A stretch of 64,000 nt of DNA from Gammaproteobacteria bacterium. GTDB taxonomy: Bacteria; Pseudomonadota; Gammaproteobacteria; Eutrophobiales; Eutrophobiaceae. The translations under genes were made by a program, and so were the position numbers. Positions 42,284-52,674 of the stretch are shown piece after piece. Each line of letters begins with the position of its first letter. Position 1 is the stretch's first letter. Under the pieces are notes generated by a model that was given only the letters and a program-made list of their open reading frames with translations, did not search any database and had not been told where the DNA came from. The stretch lies in the NCBI GenBank assembly GCA_004297165.1, contig SCUJ01000010.1:73666-137665 (forward strand). Direction: 5' to 3'.

Positions 42284-43498
42284 TTACAAATGTCTTCGAT
42301 GATCCGAAAAGGCAAAACCACGCAAGGGTTTATGATAATTTCTCCCCAGCACCATGACCTTGAAACGCTCACCCATCCCGGTTGGCAGAGTCAGGATTTT
42401 CGCCTGCACCAGGGCTCTGGCATGCGATCCTCGCTCGTCTTCCGCCAGCCTGTTGATCAATCCTTCCAGACCGCAGGCCAGCAGAAACATCGCTTGATTC
42501 GTGTAGCCCAACAAGTCAAGGCCGGCATCTGCTCCCGCTTCCGCTACGGCGGTGAAATCCACCGAGGCGGTGATGTCCTGCAACCCAGGATAGAGAAAGG
42601 GATTGGCATGCACCCGGTGCCGGTAATGGCACAATAAGGTTCCCCGATCGCGTTGGGGGTGATAGTACTCACGCCTGGTATATCCATAATCGATCAGCAG
42701 CATGATCCCCTGTTCCAGCGCCGCGGCAAAGCCACTTACCAAGGCGATCAATCCGGGATTGATCTCGGTGATGTACCCATCAGGCCAGGTATCATTAAGC
42801 TGATCCTTGATCTGCATCACTTGGGTAGTTGTCTTCTGGTCCGCGATGGTCTTGGTCCAGGCGAACCCGTCCAGATCTTCACAAACGCGATGCTCATAAA
42901 TCGCCGCTTCGGTAAATTCGATCCGCACTACCGGCTGGGCATCGAGAACCTCGTTGGCCAGCATGACCCCACGAAAACCCCTCGCCGGCAATCCATCGAG
43001 CCAGACGATTCTGTCGAGGAGATGCGGTACGCTGTTCGCCAGGTGCAGCCGCTGGCGCGCCTTCAGTTCCGCGCTGATCTCCAGGATGAAATAGCGCTCC
43101 GGAAGACATCCCAACAATTCCAGCTCGCGCAGCAAATCCGCGGCCATCACGCCGGCGCCGGCGCCGATCTCAAGCAGGGAACCGTCGCCCATAGTTTGGA
43201 GGATCTCCGCGCATTGCGCCGCGAGGGTGCGCGAGAAAAGCGGTGAGATCTCGGGGGCGGTTACGAAATCCCCCGAGCTGCCAAATTTCCGCGTTCCGGC
43301 GTTGTAATAACCCAGCCCAGGCTCGTAGAGCGCCATCCACATGAAGCGATCGAAACCGATCGATCCGCAGGTTTTTTCGATGACGGTTCTGATACTGGAT
43401 ATCAGGGCCTTGCTGTGGGCGAGGGCATCAGGGTCAGGATGCAGCAGAGCATCGATGTCTCGATTCATTCCATCAGCTATCTGCTGGACTGGTGTCAT
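42284..43498 (-). CDS. SAM-dependent methyltransferase, MidA/NDUFAF7 family
   Basis: ALYEPGLGYY, GDFVTAPEISPLF, EIGAGAG, ANEVLDA, IDYG, QDITASVDF, MGERFK; start uncertain. Confidence 0.9.
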   Translation of the reverse strand: MTPVQQIADGMNRDIDALLHPDPDALAHSKALISSIRTVIEKTCGSIGFDRFMWMALYEPGLGYYNAGTRKFGSSGDFVTAPEISPLFSRTLAAQCAEILQTMGDGSLLEIGAGAGVMAADLLRELELLGCLPERYFILEISAELKARQRLHLANSVPHLLDRIVWLDGLPARGFRGVMLANEVLDAQPVVRIEFTEAAIYEHRVCEDLDGFAWTKTIADQKTTTQVMQIKDQLNDTWPDGYITEINPGLIALVSGFAAALEQGIMLLIDYGYTRREYYHPQRDRGTLLCHYRHRVHANPFLYPGLQDITASVDFTAVAEAGADAGLDLLGYTNQAMFLLACGLEGLINRLAEDERGSHARALVQAKILTLPTGMGERFKVMVLGRNYHKPLRGFAFSDHRRHL

Positions 43499-43588
43499 CA
43501 ATAGTGGCGATTGGGGGAGCGATATTCTATAAGCTTGCGGATACAATCATGCAATCGGCCTTACTGGCTGCATCATAGTAATTGGATC

Positions 43589-44320
43589 ATGGCAAATAAA
43601 ACAGTACTTGTGACCGGGGCGGCGCAACGGCTTGGCGCCGCAACCGCTCGCTATCTGCATGGACAGGGCATGGATATCATCATCCACTACCATCACTCGC
43701 AGGCTGCCGCTGAGTCCCTGGCGGCGGACCTTTCGGCATTACGGCGGGATTCGACCTGGACAATAATGGCGGATTTGCGGGACCCGGACGCCCCCCGGCG
43801 GGTGATAACCGGCGCCTTGCTGTGCGCCGGCCGCCTGGATGCCTTGATTAACAACGCCTCGGTTTTTTATCCGACCAGCCTGGAACAGGTCTCTCCGGCG
43901 GAATGGGATGCCACGATGAACATTAACCTGCGCGCAGCATTTTTCCTCATCCGCGAGGCCTTGCCTCACCTTCGCGCAACGCAGGGATCAGTCATCAACA
44001 TAGCAGACATATTCGCGGATAGGCCTAAGCGCAATCACTCCATTTACAGTATTACCAAGGCAGGACTTGTAATGCTGACTAAAGCGCTGGCGGCGGAGCT
44101 GGGACCGGAGATCCGGGTCAATGCAATCGCGCCAGGCGCGCTGCTCTGGCCTGATGCCATGGAGGATCATGCCAAGAAGAGCATCCTCGCGAGGACCGCG
44201 CTGAAACGTGAAGGTGAGGCAATCGATATCGCCAAGGCTATTAGATACCTGATCCTGGATGCCGACTATGTCACCGGCCAAGTCCTGACGGTGGATGGCG
44301 GCCGCAATCTCTTTATTTGA
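43589..44320 (+). CDS. Pteridine reductase (FolM/PTR1-like SDR)
   Basis: TGAAQRLG, NNASVFYPT, YSITK, VTGQVLTVDGGR. Confidence 0.88.
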   Translation: MANKTVLVTGAAQRLGAATARYLHGQGMDIIIHYHHSQAAAESLAADLSALRRDSTWTIMADLRDPDAPRRVITGALLCAGRLDALINNASVFYPTSLEQVSPAEWDATMNINLRAAFFLIREALPHLRATQGSVINIADIFADRPKRNHSIYSITKAGLVMLTKALAAELGPEIRVNAIAPGALLWPDAMEDHAKKSILARTALKREGEAIDIAKAIRYLILDADYVTGQVLTVDGGRNLFI

Positions 44321-44717
44321 ATTCTGGTATCCGGCCGGCGTTAAACCAGGACTTCCGTGCTTCGTCATACCACCAAAGATGTTCGAAGGAAACCTTCTGG
44401 AGGGTACCCTGCGTCGTATTGTAATATTCAATCTCGCCTTTTACGGTTGCCTCGGTCGCAGCCTCGTTGATGATTTTTTCCGCCACCCGGTAACCGGTAA
44501 CACGCAATGTCTTGAGTCTCTCTGCATCTAGATTGATTTCTCCGCCGTCCCGATCCTGATGCATAGCGGCGATATTGTTATAAAGGGCCCACCGCCACGC
44601 AGCGCTGTACTCATCGATAGCCATCTCCAGGGAATTGGCTTTCAGCCTGATATTCGTCCCGTTGCACGCCGCAATTGCCAGGCAAATCACATATACGACC
44701 ACTCTGAATTTATTCAT
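44313..44717 (-). CDS. Hypothetical lipoprotein
   Basis: Lipobox LAIAAC; third gene of folB-folK run. Confidence 0.7.
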   Translation of the reverse strand: MNKFRVVVYVICLAIAACNGTNIRLKANSLEMAIDEYSAAWRWALYNNIAAMHQDRDGGEINLDAERLKTLRVTGYRVAEKIINEAATEATVKGEIEYYNTTQGTLQKVSFEHLWWYDEARKSWFNAGRIPEFK

Positions 44718-44763
44718 CGCGTTTCGCCTATCAATTTAACTTTAATTCCAATCTGAACCTAAT

Positions 44764-45255
44764 TCACAAAGGGTTAAACCCGACCACCCACAGAGTCTGT
44801 TCCGGATCTTGAAAGCTGTCCCACAATTCCGCGATCCTGACTTGTAATACTGGATGTACGACATCGGCGGCGATATCCGTGAGCGGTTTCAGAACAAAGG
44901 CGAAACGGGTAATCTCGTCCCTCGGCACACGCAACCTTCCCTCACGTTGAACGAGTCCGCCATACATCAGCAGGTCCAGATCCAGCGTTCGGGAGCCATA
45001 TCGGGTTCCAACCCTGACCCGGTGACAAAGCGCCTCGATCGCGTGCAATTCCTCAAGCAACTGCTCAGGCGTCAAGGTTGTATCAAAACCCGCCACCAGA
45101 TTGTAAAAATTATCGCCGCTGAATCCCACGGCCTGGCTTTCATAGACAGGCGACAACGTAAGCGCGCCAAAACGTCTCGTCAGCTCACTGATGCCGGTGC
45201 GAATATTCTGCTCGCGGCCCACATTACTCCCAACGCCGATGTATACCTTCTCCAT
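44764..45255 (-). CDS. folK: 2-amino-4-hydroxy-6-hydroxymethyldihydropteridine pyrophosphokinase
   Basis: YIGVGSN, FYNLV, SRTLDLDLL. Confidence 0.93.
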   Translation of the reverse strand: MEKVYIGVGSNVGREQNIRTGISELTRRFGALTLSPVYESQAVGFSGDNFYNLVAGFDTTLTPEQLLEELHAIEALCHRVRVGTRYGSRTLDLDLLMYGGLVQREGRLRVPRDEITRFAFVLKPLTDIAADVVHPVLQVRIAELWDSFQDPEQTLWVVGFNPL

Positions 45256-45256
45256 A

Positions 45257-45616
45257 TCAGGCTGATTGACGTCTCTCGATGATGACTCCCACATCACGGA
45301 CGCCGCGAACCGCGCCCTGTTTGTTCAGTGTCAACCGGCACCAGGGCACCTTGAACTCCCGCAGAATGATCTCAGTTACTTTTTCGGCCAAGGTTTCAAC
45401 CAGATCAAAGCGGCTTGCCTCGACAAACGCGATGATGCGTTTCGCCACCTCCTTGTAATTGAGAGTTTGTGAAATGGAATCCGCTGCGGCGGCCTTGGCA
45501 ATATCGGCGCCCATTTCTATATCGAGAATCACCGTTTGTCTCGTCTTACGCTCCCACGCATAGACGCCAATCACGGTATCGATACGTAAATCTCTCAGAA
45601 AAATGATATCCATCAT
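45257..45616 (-). CDS. folB: Dihydroneopterin aldolase
   Basis: IGVYAWE, LNYK, LVETLAE, VGVIIER. Confidence 0.95.
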   Translation of the reverse strand: MMDIIFLRDLRIDTVIGVYAWERKTRQTVILDIEMGADIAKAAAADSISQTLNYKEVAKRIIAFVEASRFDLVETLAEKVTEIILREFKVPWCRLTLNKQGAVRGVRDVGVIIERRQSA

Positions 45617-45760
45617 GCCTCAATTGTTGTGATAATCGATATCAGTATACACCCGTGATTCCAAAGCATCCGAGCTTTAAGGGTCAGTCCGGTATGCCCC
45701 ATGGATGCGGAAATAATTCCGAGTTGGATAAAACTGAATACATTATCTCTGGAGCCCTGC

Positions 45761-46357
45761 ATGGCGCTGAACCTTTCCTTGATTGTTTTCGCGTATCTAT
45801 CAGGCTCATTGTGTTCCGCGATCATAGTCTGCCGGCTGCTCAGGCTGACTGATCCGCGCACCGACGGCTCCGGCAACCCCGGGGCAACCAATGTGTTGCG
45901 CCTGCATGGCGCCAAGGCGGCTGCCCTGGCTTTGGCGGGCGATGTGCTGAAAGGCGTGATTCCTGTTTTTGCGGCGAAGTATCTGGAAGTCCCGCAATAC
46001 GTGATCGCACTCAGCGGTTTATGCGCCTTCCTCGGCCATATTTTTCCCCTCTATTTCCATTTCCAGGGTGGAAAAGGGGTGGCGACTTTCCTGGGCGTGA
46101 TTGCCGCAACTGACTGGTTGCTCGGCCTTGGCTTCATCATCGCCTGGTTGATTACGGCAGCGGTTTCCCGGTATTCCTCGCTCGCATCCATTACCGCCTC
46201 TATCATGACGCTGCTCTTTACCTGGTTCGTGATGAAGTCGCCGGCCTACTTTCTCTGCTGCCTCTGCATGGTCTTTACTCTCCTCTTTCGGCATCGCGCG
46301 AATCTGTCCAAACTTCTGGATGGCACGGAACGGAAGATCGGAGATAAAAGCACATGA
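45761..46357 (+). CDS. plsY: Glycerol-3-phosphate acyltransferase PlsY
   Basis: GSGNPGATNVLR, GHIFP, GGKGVAT, HRANL..L..GTE. Confidence 0.95.
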   Translation: MALNLSLIVFAYLSGSLCSAIIVCRLLRLTDPRTDGSGNPGATNVLRLHGAKAAALALAGDVLKGVIPVFAAKYLEVPQYVIALSGLCAFLGHIFPLYFHFQGGKGVATFLGVIAATDWLLGLGFIIAWLITAAVSRYSSLASITASIMTLLFTWFVMKSPAYFLCCLCMVFTLLFRHRANLSKLLDGTERKIGDKST

Positions 46358-46378
46358 CCGAAACAGGCGCCATTCATG

Positions 46379-47392
46379 TCAGCGTGCGCCACCGTTCAAA
46401 TCGGTCAGATTCCAGCGGGGATTGGCGGCAAACCGTAGAGGTTCCCATACCCCGGCTTGCAGACGCAACCAGCCGGCATAGGCAATCATCGCCCCATTGT
46501 CGGTGCAAAATTCGGTTCTGGGGAAATGGATTTCGCCGCCCTCATTTCTCACCATGCGCAGCAAACCTTCCCGCAACTGCCGATTTGCGCTGACGCCGCC
46601 GGCAGCGATCAGGCGCCGCAGTCCGGTGGCATGCATGGCGCGACGGCATTTCGTCACCAACGTTTCCACTACCGCGTCAACAAAGGCGCGGGCGATATCC
46701 GCCCGGGTTTGTTCACCCGCGTGCGACTTCGCCACGGTGTTGAGCACTTGAGTTTTGAGTCCGCTGAAACTGAAATCCAGGCCGGGACGCGCGGTCATCG
46801 GTCGGGGGAAATCGAATACGCCTGATCGCCCCTGTTCCGCCAATTCCGATAATAGCGGACCGCCAGGGTAGCCCATGCCCAGGAGCTTTGCCGTTTTATC
46901 GAAGGCCTCTCCTACGGCATCATCGAGCGTGTCACCCAGGATCGTATAAACACCAGGGGCGTTCACTTGAACGAGTTGGGTATGTCCACCGGACACCAGC
47001 AGAGCGAGGAAAGGAAAATCCGGATGCTCGGCTTCAAGCATTGGCGCCAGCAGATGCGCCTCCATGTGATGAACCGCAATTGCCGGAACCCCCCATGCAT
47101 AAGCCAGACTTCGTCCTATCGCTGCCCCCACCAGGAGGGCGCCCACCAACCCTGGGCCTGCTGTGTAAGCGACAGCATCTGCTTTCTGAATGCCGCCGGC
47201 TTCGAGAATTGATCGAATCAACGGAAGCGTGTGATGAATATGATTGCGTGAGGCGAGTTCCGGGACGACTCCGCCAAAACCCTCGTGCAGACTGGCTTGA
47301 CTGTATAGCATATGTGCCAGCACACCCTTATCCGGGTGGTAAATCGCCACTCCCGTCTCATCACAGGACGTTTCCAGACCCAGTATGTGCAT
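46379..47392 (-). CDS. tsaD: tRNA t6A synthesis protein TsaD
   Basis: [46 protein letters not shown]. Confidence 0.98.
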   Translation of the reverse strand: MHILGLETSCDETGVAIYHPDKGVLAHMLYSQASLHEGFGGVVPELASRNHIHHTLPLIRSILEAGGIQKADAVAYTAGPGLVGALLVGAAIGRSLAYAWGVPAIAVHHMEAHLLAPMLEAEHPDFPFLALLVSGGHTQLVQVNAPGVYTILGDTLDDAVGEAFDKTAKLLGMGYPGGPLLSELAEQGRSGVFDFPRPMTARPGLDFSFSGLKTQVLNTVAKSHAGEQTRADIARAFVDAVVETLVTKCRRAMHATGLRRLIAAGGVSANRQLREGLLRMVRNEGGEIHFPRTEFCTDNGAMIAYAGWLRLQAGVWEPLRFAANPRWNLTDLNGGAR

Positions 47393-47508
47393 GTCTTAAG
47401 ACGTTCTCGCTAGGTTACTCAGAAATAATGAATTATGCCTTGCAATTCATCAAAATAGCACTAGAATTGACTGCTTTTTTACACCTCAACTGGAGAACAG
47501 AATCCGAC

Positions 47509-47724
47509 ATGCCCACCGTCAAAGTCAGAGATAATGAACCGTTTGACCTGGCCCTGCGCCGCTTTAAGCGCGCCTGCGAGAAGGCCGGGACACTGGCCGA
47601 AGTGCATCGCCGTGAAGCCTATGAGAAACCGACCCAGGTACGTAAACGCAAGGCGGCGGCGGCCGTCAAGCGGAACCAGAAACGCGTTTCCAAGGAACAG
47701 AACCGGCATATCCGGCTTTACTGA
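47509..47724 (+). CDS. rpsU: 30S ribosomal protein S21
   Basis: [21 protein letters not shown]...EKPTQVRKR; 71 aa. Confidence 0.97.
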   Translation: MPTVKVRDNEPFDLALRRFKRACEKAGTLAEVHRREAYEKPTQVRKRKAAAAVKRNQKRVSKEQNRHIRLY

Positions 47725-47757
47725 CCCCTGTCACACCACTTTCTAACTTCCCGATCC

Positions 47758-48207
47758 ATGTCCCCCTTGAAACAAAGGATTGATGACGACGTCAAGCAAG
47801 CCATGCGCGAGCGCGACAAAGAGCGGCTTTCCACCCTCAGACTTATCACCGCTGCGTTAAAGCAGAAAGAGGTCGACGATCGCATTGAGCTTGATGACAA
47901 TCAGGTCTTGGCCTTGCTGGACAAGATGGCCCGGCAATATCGTGAATCCATTGAGCAGTTCACGAAGGCCGGCCGCACGGACCTGGTGGATAAGGAAACA
48001 AGCGAACTTCAGGTAGTACTGCATTATTTGCCGCAACAACTGTCCCAAGAAGAGATCGCGCAACTTATCATTACTACTATATCTGAGGTTGGGGCAACCG
48101 GTATCCGGGACATGGGTAAGGTCATGGGCGCGATGAAACCCCGGATTCAGGGACGCGCCGATATGAGCGCCGTGAGCGAAATCATAAAGAATCGTCTGAG
48201 TTCCTGA
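47758..48207 (+). CDS. GatB/YqeY domain protein
   Basis: KQAMRERDK.RL..LR, ESIEQF.KAGR.DL, YLP, DMGKVMG. Confidence 0.92.
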   Translation: MSPLKQRIDDDVKQAMRERDKERLSTLRLITAALKQKEVDDRIELDDNQVLALLDKMARQYRESIEQFTKAGRTDLVDKETSELQVVLHYLPQQLSQEEIAQLIITTISEVGATGIRDMGKVMGAMKPRIQGRADMSAVSEIIKNRLSS

Positions 48208-48282
48208 TATACCAACTGGCGGTGGCAGCAAACGGCGTCGGGCGTGTCATGGCAACCCGGCCAGACTATACTTCACTAGACC

Positions 48283-50073
48283 ATGAGCGGCCTGATACCA
48301 CAATCCTTCATCGATGACTTGCTGGCCAGGACCGATATCGTCGATCTGATCCATGGCTTTGTCCCCCTGAAGAAGGCCGGGCAGAATTATCAGGCGCTCT
48401 GTCCCTTCCACGACGAGAAATCCCCATCGTTTTCGGTCAATCAGGACCGGCAGTTTTATCACTGTTTCGGCTGTGGCGCGAGCGGCAACGCCATCAGCTT
48501 CATGATGAATTACAATCGCATGGATTTTGTCACCGTTATTGAGGACCTCGCCGCCCGCGCCGGTATCGCCGTACCACGTACCGGTGTCTCCCCAGAATTA
48601 CTGAAAAACAAGGAAAGCCAGACCGAGCTCTATGAGCTTATGGAACTCGTTATAAATTTTTACCGAATGCAACTTGCGGACCACCAGCGCTCGCAGCCCG
48701 CGATTGAGTATCTCAAAAAACGCGGCATCGACGAAGCGCTTGCGACCAAATTTGAAATTGGTTACGCCCCGGACAGCTGGGATTCGCTCATCCGCAATCT
48801 GGGCCGGTCTGACCCTGCGCGTGATCGTTTATACAAGGCGGGATTAATCATCCGTCGGGATGACGGCAAATATTACGATCGCTTCCGCCAACGCATCATG
48901 TATCCCATCCGCGATCATCGCGGGCGGGCTATCGGCTTCGGAGGGCGGATCATCGATTCCGGCACGCCTAAATATCTCAACTCTCCAGAGACCCCCATCT
49001 TTCACAAGGGTAGGGAACTCTACGGGCTTTATCAGGCCCGGCAATCCAGCCGAAACCCGGAGCGTCTCTACGTCGTCGAAGGTTATATGGATGTGCTTGC
49101 ACTGGCCCAGTTCGGAGTCAACAACTGCGTCGCCACGCTGGGTACGGCGGCAACCCGTGAACATCTGGAACGCATCTTCCGCACGACCAGTGAAATTGTA
49201 TTCTGCTTCGATGGAGATGAGGCCGGGAAAAAGGCCGCATGGCGGGCCCTGGAGATTGCGCTCCCCCTGCTGCGCGATGGCAGGGAGGTATATTTCATGT
49301 TCCTCCCCGAGGGGCAGGACCCGGATGATTTCATCCGCGCCGAAGGCGCAACCGCGTTCACGGACAGTCGGCAATTGCGGGCGTTATCCGCAGTGCTGCT
49401 GGAACATCTCACCCAGGATTTCAATCCGACAATACGCGAGCACAAGGCGCGTCTGGCCCATAAAGCGTCAGAATTCCTGAAAAACATCCCACAGGGGAAC
49501 CTGAAACAAATACTGTCTGAACAGATTGCGACGCTCACGGATCAGGAAGCCTCTCAGTTGGAAGCGCTTACCAAACTCTCAGGGCCATCTTCGATCCCCC
49601 GCCCCCATTCCACGGAGAATGCCCGTGAGGAACGCAAGCTGATTTCTCAAGCGATAAAATTGCTGTTACAACAGCCACAACTTGCCTTGCTGCTTGGCGA
49701 AGCAGAGATCATGGAAGCACGAGGCTCCGCTGGCGGCGAATTTCTGCACACCCTGATAACTCTGATAAGGAAAAACCCCGCTATCACTTGCGCCAGAATC
49801 CTGGAAAACTGGCGAGGAACACGCTATGAGAAACGCCTGACCCAGTTATCCCTGAGCGGCCAGTCCAGATACGCGGCGGACGACGCGCCGCTTACAAGCA
49901 GTGATTTCCTGCAAACGGAATTCCTCGGCCTCATAGACCGACTGTTGGACGAAAAGAGAAAAAATCGATTGGTAGAACTTAATACCATCGAAAGCACAAC
50001 AAAACTAACCAACGACCAGAGGGAATACTTGAAAAACCTGAATCCTAATGCGAGGCGGATTAATCCAAATTGA
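48283..50073 (+). CDS. dnaG: DNA primase
   Basis: CPFHDEKSPSF..CFGC zinc finger, YLNSPETPIFHKG, VEGYMDV, DGD.AG, DPDD. Confidence 0.98.
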   Translation: MSGLIPQSFIDDLLARTDIVDLIHGFVPLKKAGQNYQALCPFHDEKSPSFSVNQDRQFYHCFGCGASGNAISFMMNYNRMDFVTVIEDLAARAGIAVPRTGVSPELLKNKESQTELYELMELVINFYRMQLADHQRSQPAIEYLKKRGIDEALATKFEIGYAPDSWDSLIRNLGRSDPARDRLYKAGLIIRRDDGKYYDRFRQRIMYPIRDHRGRAIGFGGRIIDSGTPKYLNSPETPIFHKGRELYGLYQARQSSRNPERLYVVEGYMDVLALAQFGVNNCVATLGTAATREHLERIFRTTSEIVFCFDGDEAGKKAAWRALEIALPLLRDGREVYFMFLPEGQDPDDFIRAEGATAFTDSRQLRALSAVLLEHLTQDFNPTIREHKARLAHKASEFLKNIPQGNLKQILSEQIATLTDQEASQLEALTKLSGPSSIPRPHSTENAREERKLISQAIKLLLQQPQLALLLGEAEIMEARGSAGGEFLHTLITLIRKNPAITCARILENWRGTRYEKRLTQLSLSGQSRYAADDAPLTSSDFLQTEFLGLIDRLLDEKRKNRLVELNTIESTTKLTNDQREYLKNLNPNARRINPN

Positions 50074-50173
50074 AAGTGATTCCGGGTGGCATGATGAATT
50101 CTTGCATGTTATACTTATCTGTTAGCCAATTCCTTATTATTCCATTTAAATCAATCAATTAGAGAATATCACC

Positions 50174-52060
<1,887 letters not shown>

Positions 52061-52110
52061 TATCGCGGCAAGCCGATCGGATACGGCTGACAGGTTGTAA
52101 GTGAATCCTG

Positions 52111-52138
52111 TTGCTTTCCTGATCGTCACCCTTATAAT
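52111..52138 (+). promoter_or_regulatory. sigma70 promoter of the tRNA gene
   Basis: TTGCTT-16 bp-TATAAT. Confidence 0.6.
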
Positions 52139-52210
52139 CCGTGCTTCGTAAAGGCGGATGCCGGCAGACCGGCCGGGCATTCGCGGCAGCGATCAGATTT
52201 TTTTTATCGC

Positions 52211-52525
52211 GGGCCTGTAGCTCAGTTGGTTAGAGCAGTGGACTCATCAGTAATAATGGTGCGTTCACACCGGAAGGTGTGAAATGAACGGGATGAATTC
52301 AGGGAACCCATAACAACTCGGTTGATGGCAATCCTGAGCCAAGCCGGGGGTACACCCCCGGAAGGTGCAGAGACTACCTGGGAACTTTAGTGTTCTTAAT
52401 AACAGGCTAGAGCGTCCCGCTCCCCAGCAACTCCGTGTGCGGGAGATGAGATAGTCCATTCCCGTCAGAAATGACGGACAGAGTGAATCCATTGGTCGTA
52501 GGTTCAAGTCCTACCGGGCCCACCA
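52211..52525 (+). tRNA. ileX: tRNA-Ile2 (CAU, lysidine type), exons 52211-52247 and 52486-52525, interrupted by a group I intron
   Basis: Joined exons give a 77-nt cloverleaf: acceptor GGGCCTG/CGGGCCC-A-CCA, D arm AGCTCAGTTGGTTAGAGC, anticodon stem GTGGA/TCCAT with loop CT-CAT-AA, T arm GTAGG-TTCAAGT-CCTAC; lacks fMet hallmarks; position after rpoD matches ileX. Confidence 0.9.
52248..52485 (+). ncRNA. Group I intron, IC3-like, 238 nt, no ORF
   Basis: P1 with U.G at the splice site, P2 with GGAA loop, P3 CGGGAUG/CGUCCCG, P4 UUCAGGG/UCCUGAG, GGCAAUCCUGAGCCAAG and GAAGGUGCAGAGACUA core motifs, P7 GACUA/UAGUC, P9 with GAAA loop, terminal G52485. Confidence 0.93.
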
Positions 52526-52674
52526 TTTCATCTCTTGCTGCGCCATGCCAGCGATGCGTGGACACCACCCCAAGGCGACTTTGATCGATATCAATGAACC
52601 GATCACAGCGCGGATGCTAGTTTAGACCAATTGGCGGCAACAGTAAGGTCTGCCCAATCGCCTCATCATGAGAC

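Noticed and set aside
46888-47724. 278-aa ORF ending in S21 sequence
   Set aside because: Spurious upstream extension antisense to tsaD; real rpsU starts at 47509
52248-52485. Homing endonuclease in the intron (80-aa minus-strand ORF 52265-52507)
   Set aside because: Wrong strand, too short, no LAGLIDADG/HNH/GIY-YIG motif
52211-52525. tRNA-fMet or elongator tRNA-Met identity
   Set aside because: G1-C72 is paired and the anticodon stem lacks the three G-C pairs of fMet; sequence and position after rpoD favour Ile2; elongator Met is less likely but not formally excluded
52600-52670. Cobalamin or Moco riboswitch before the operon (GCAACAGTAA resembles GCAACTGTAA)
   Set aside because: B12 box and the other conserved elements are missing
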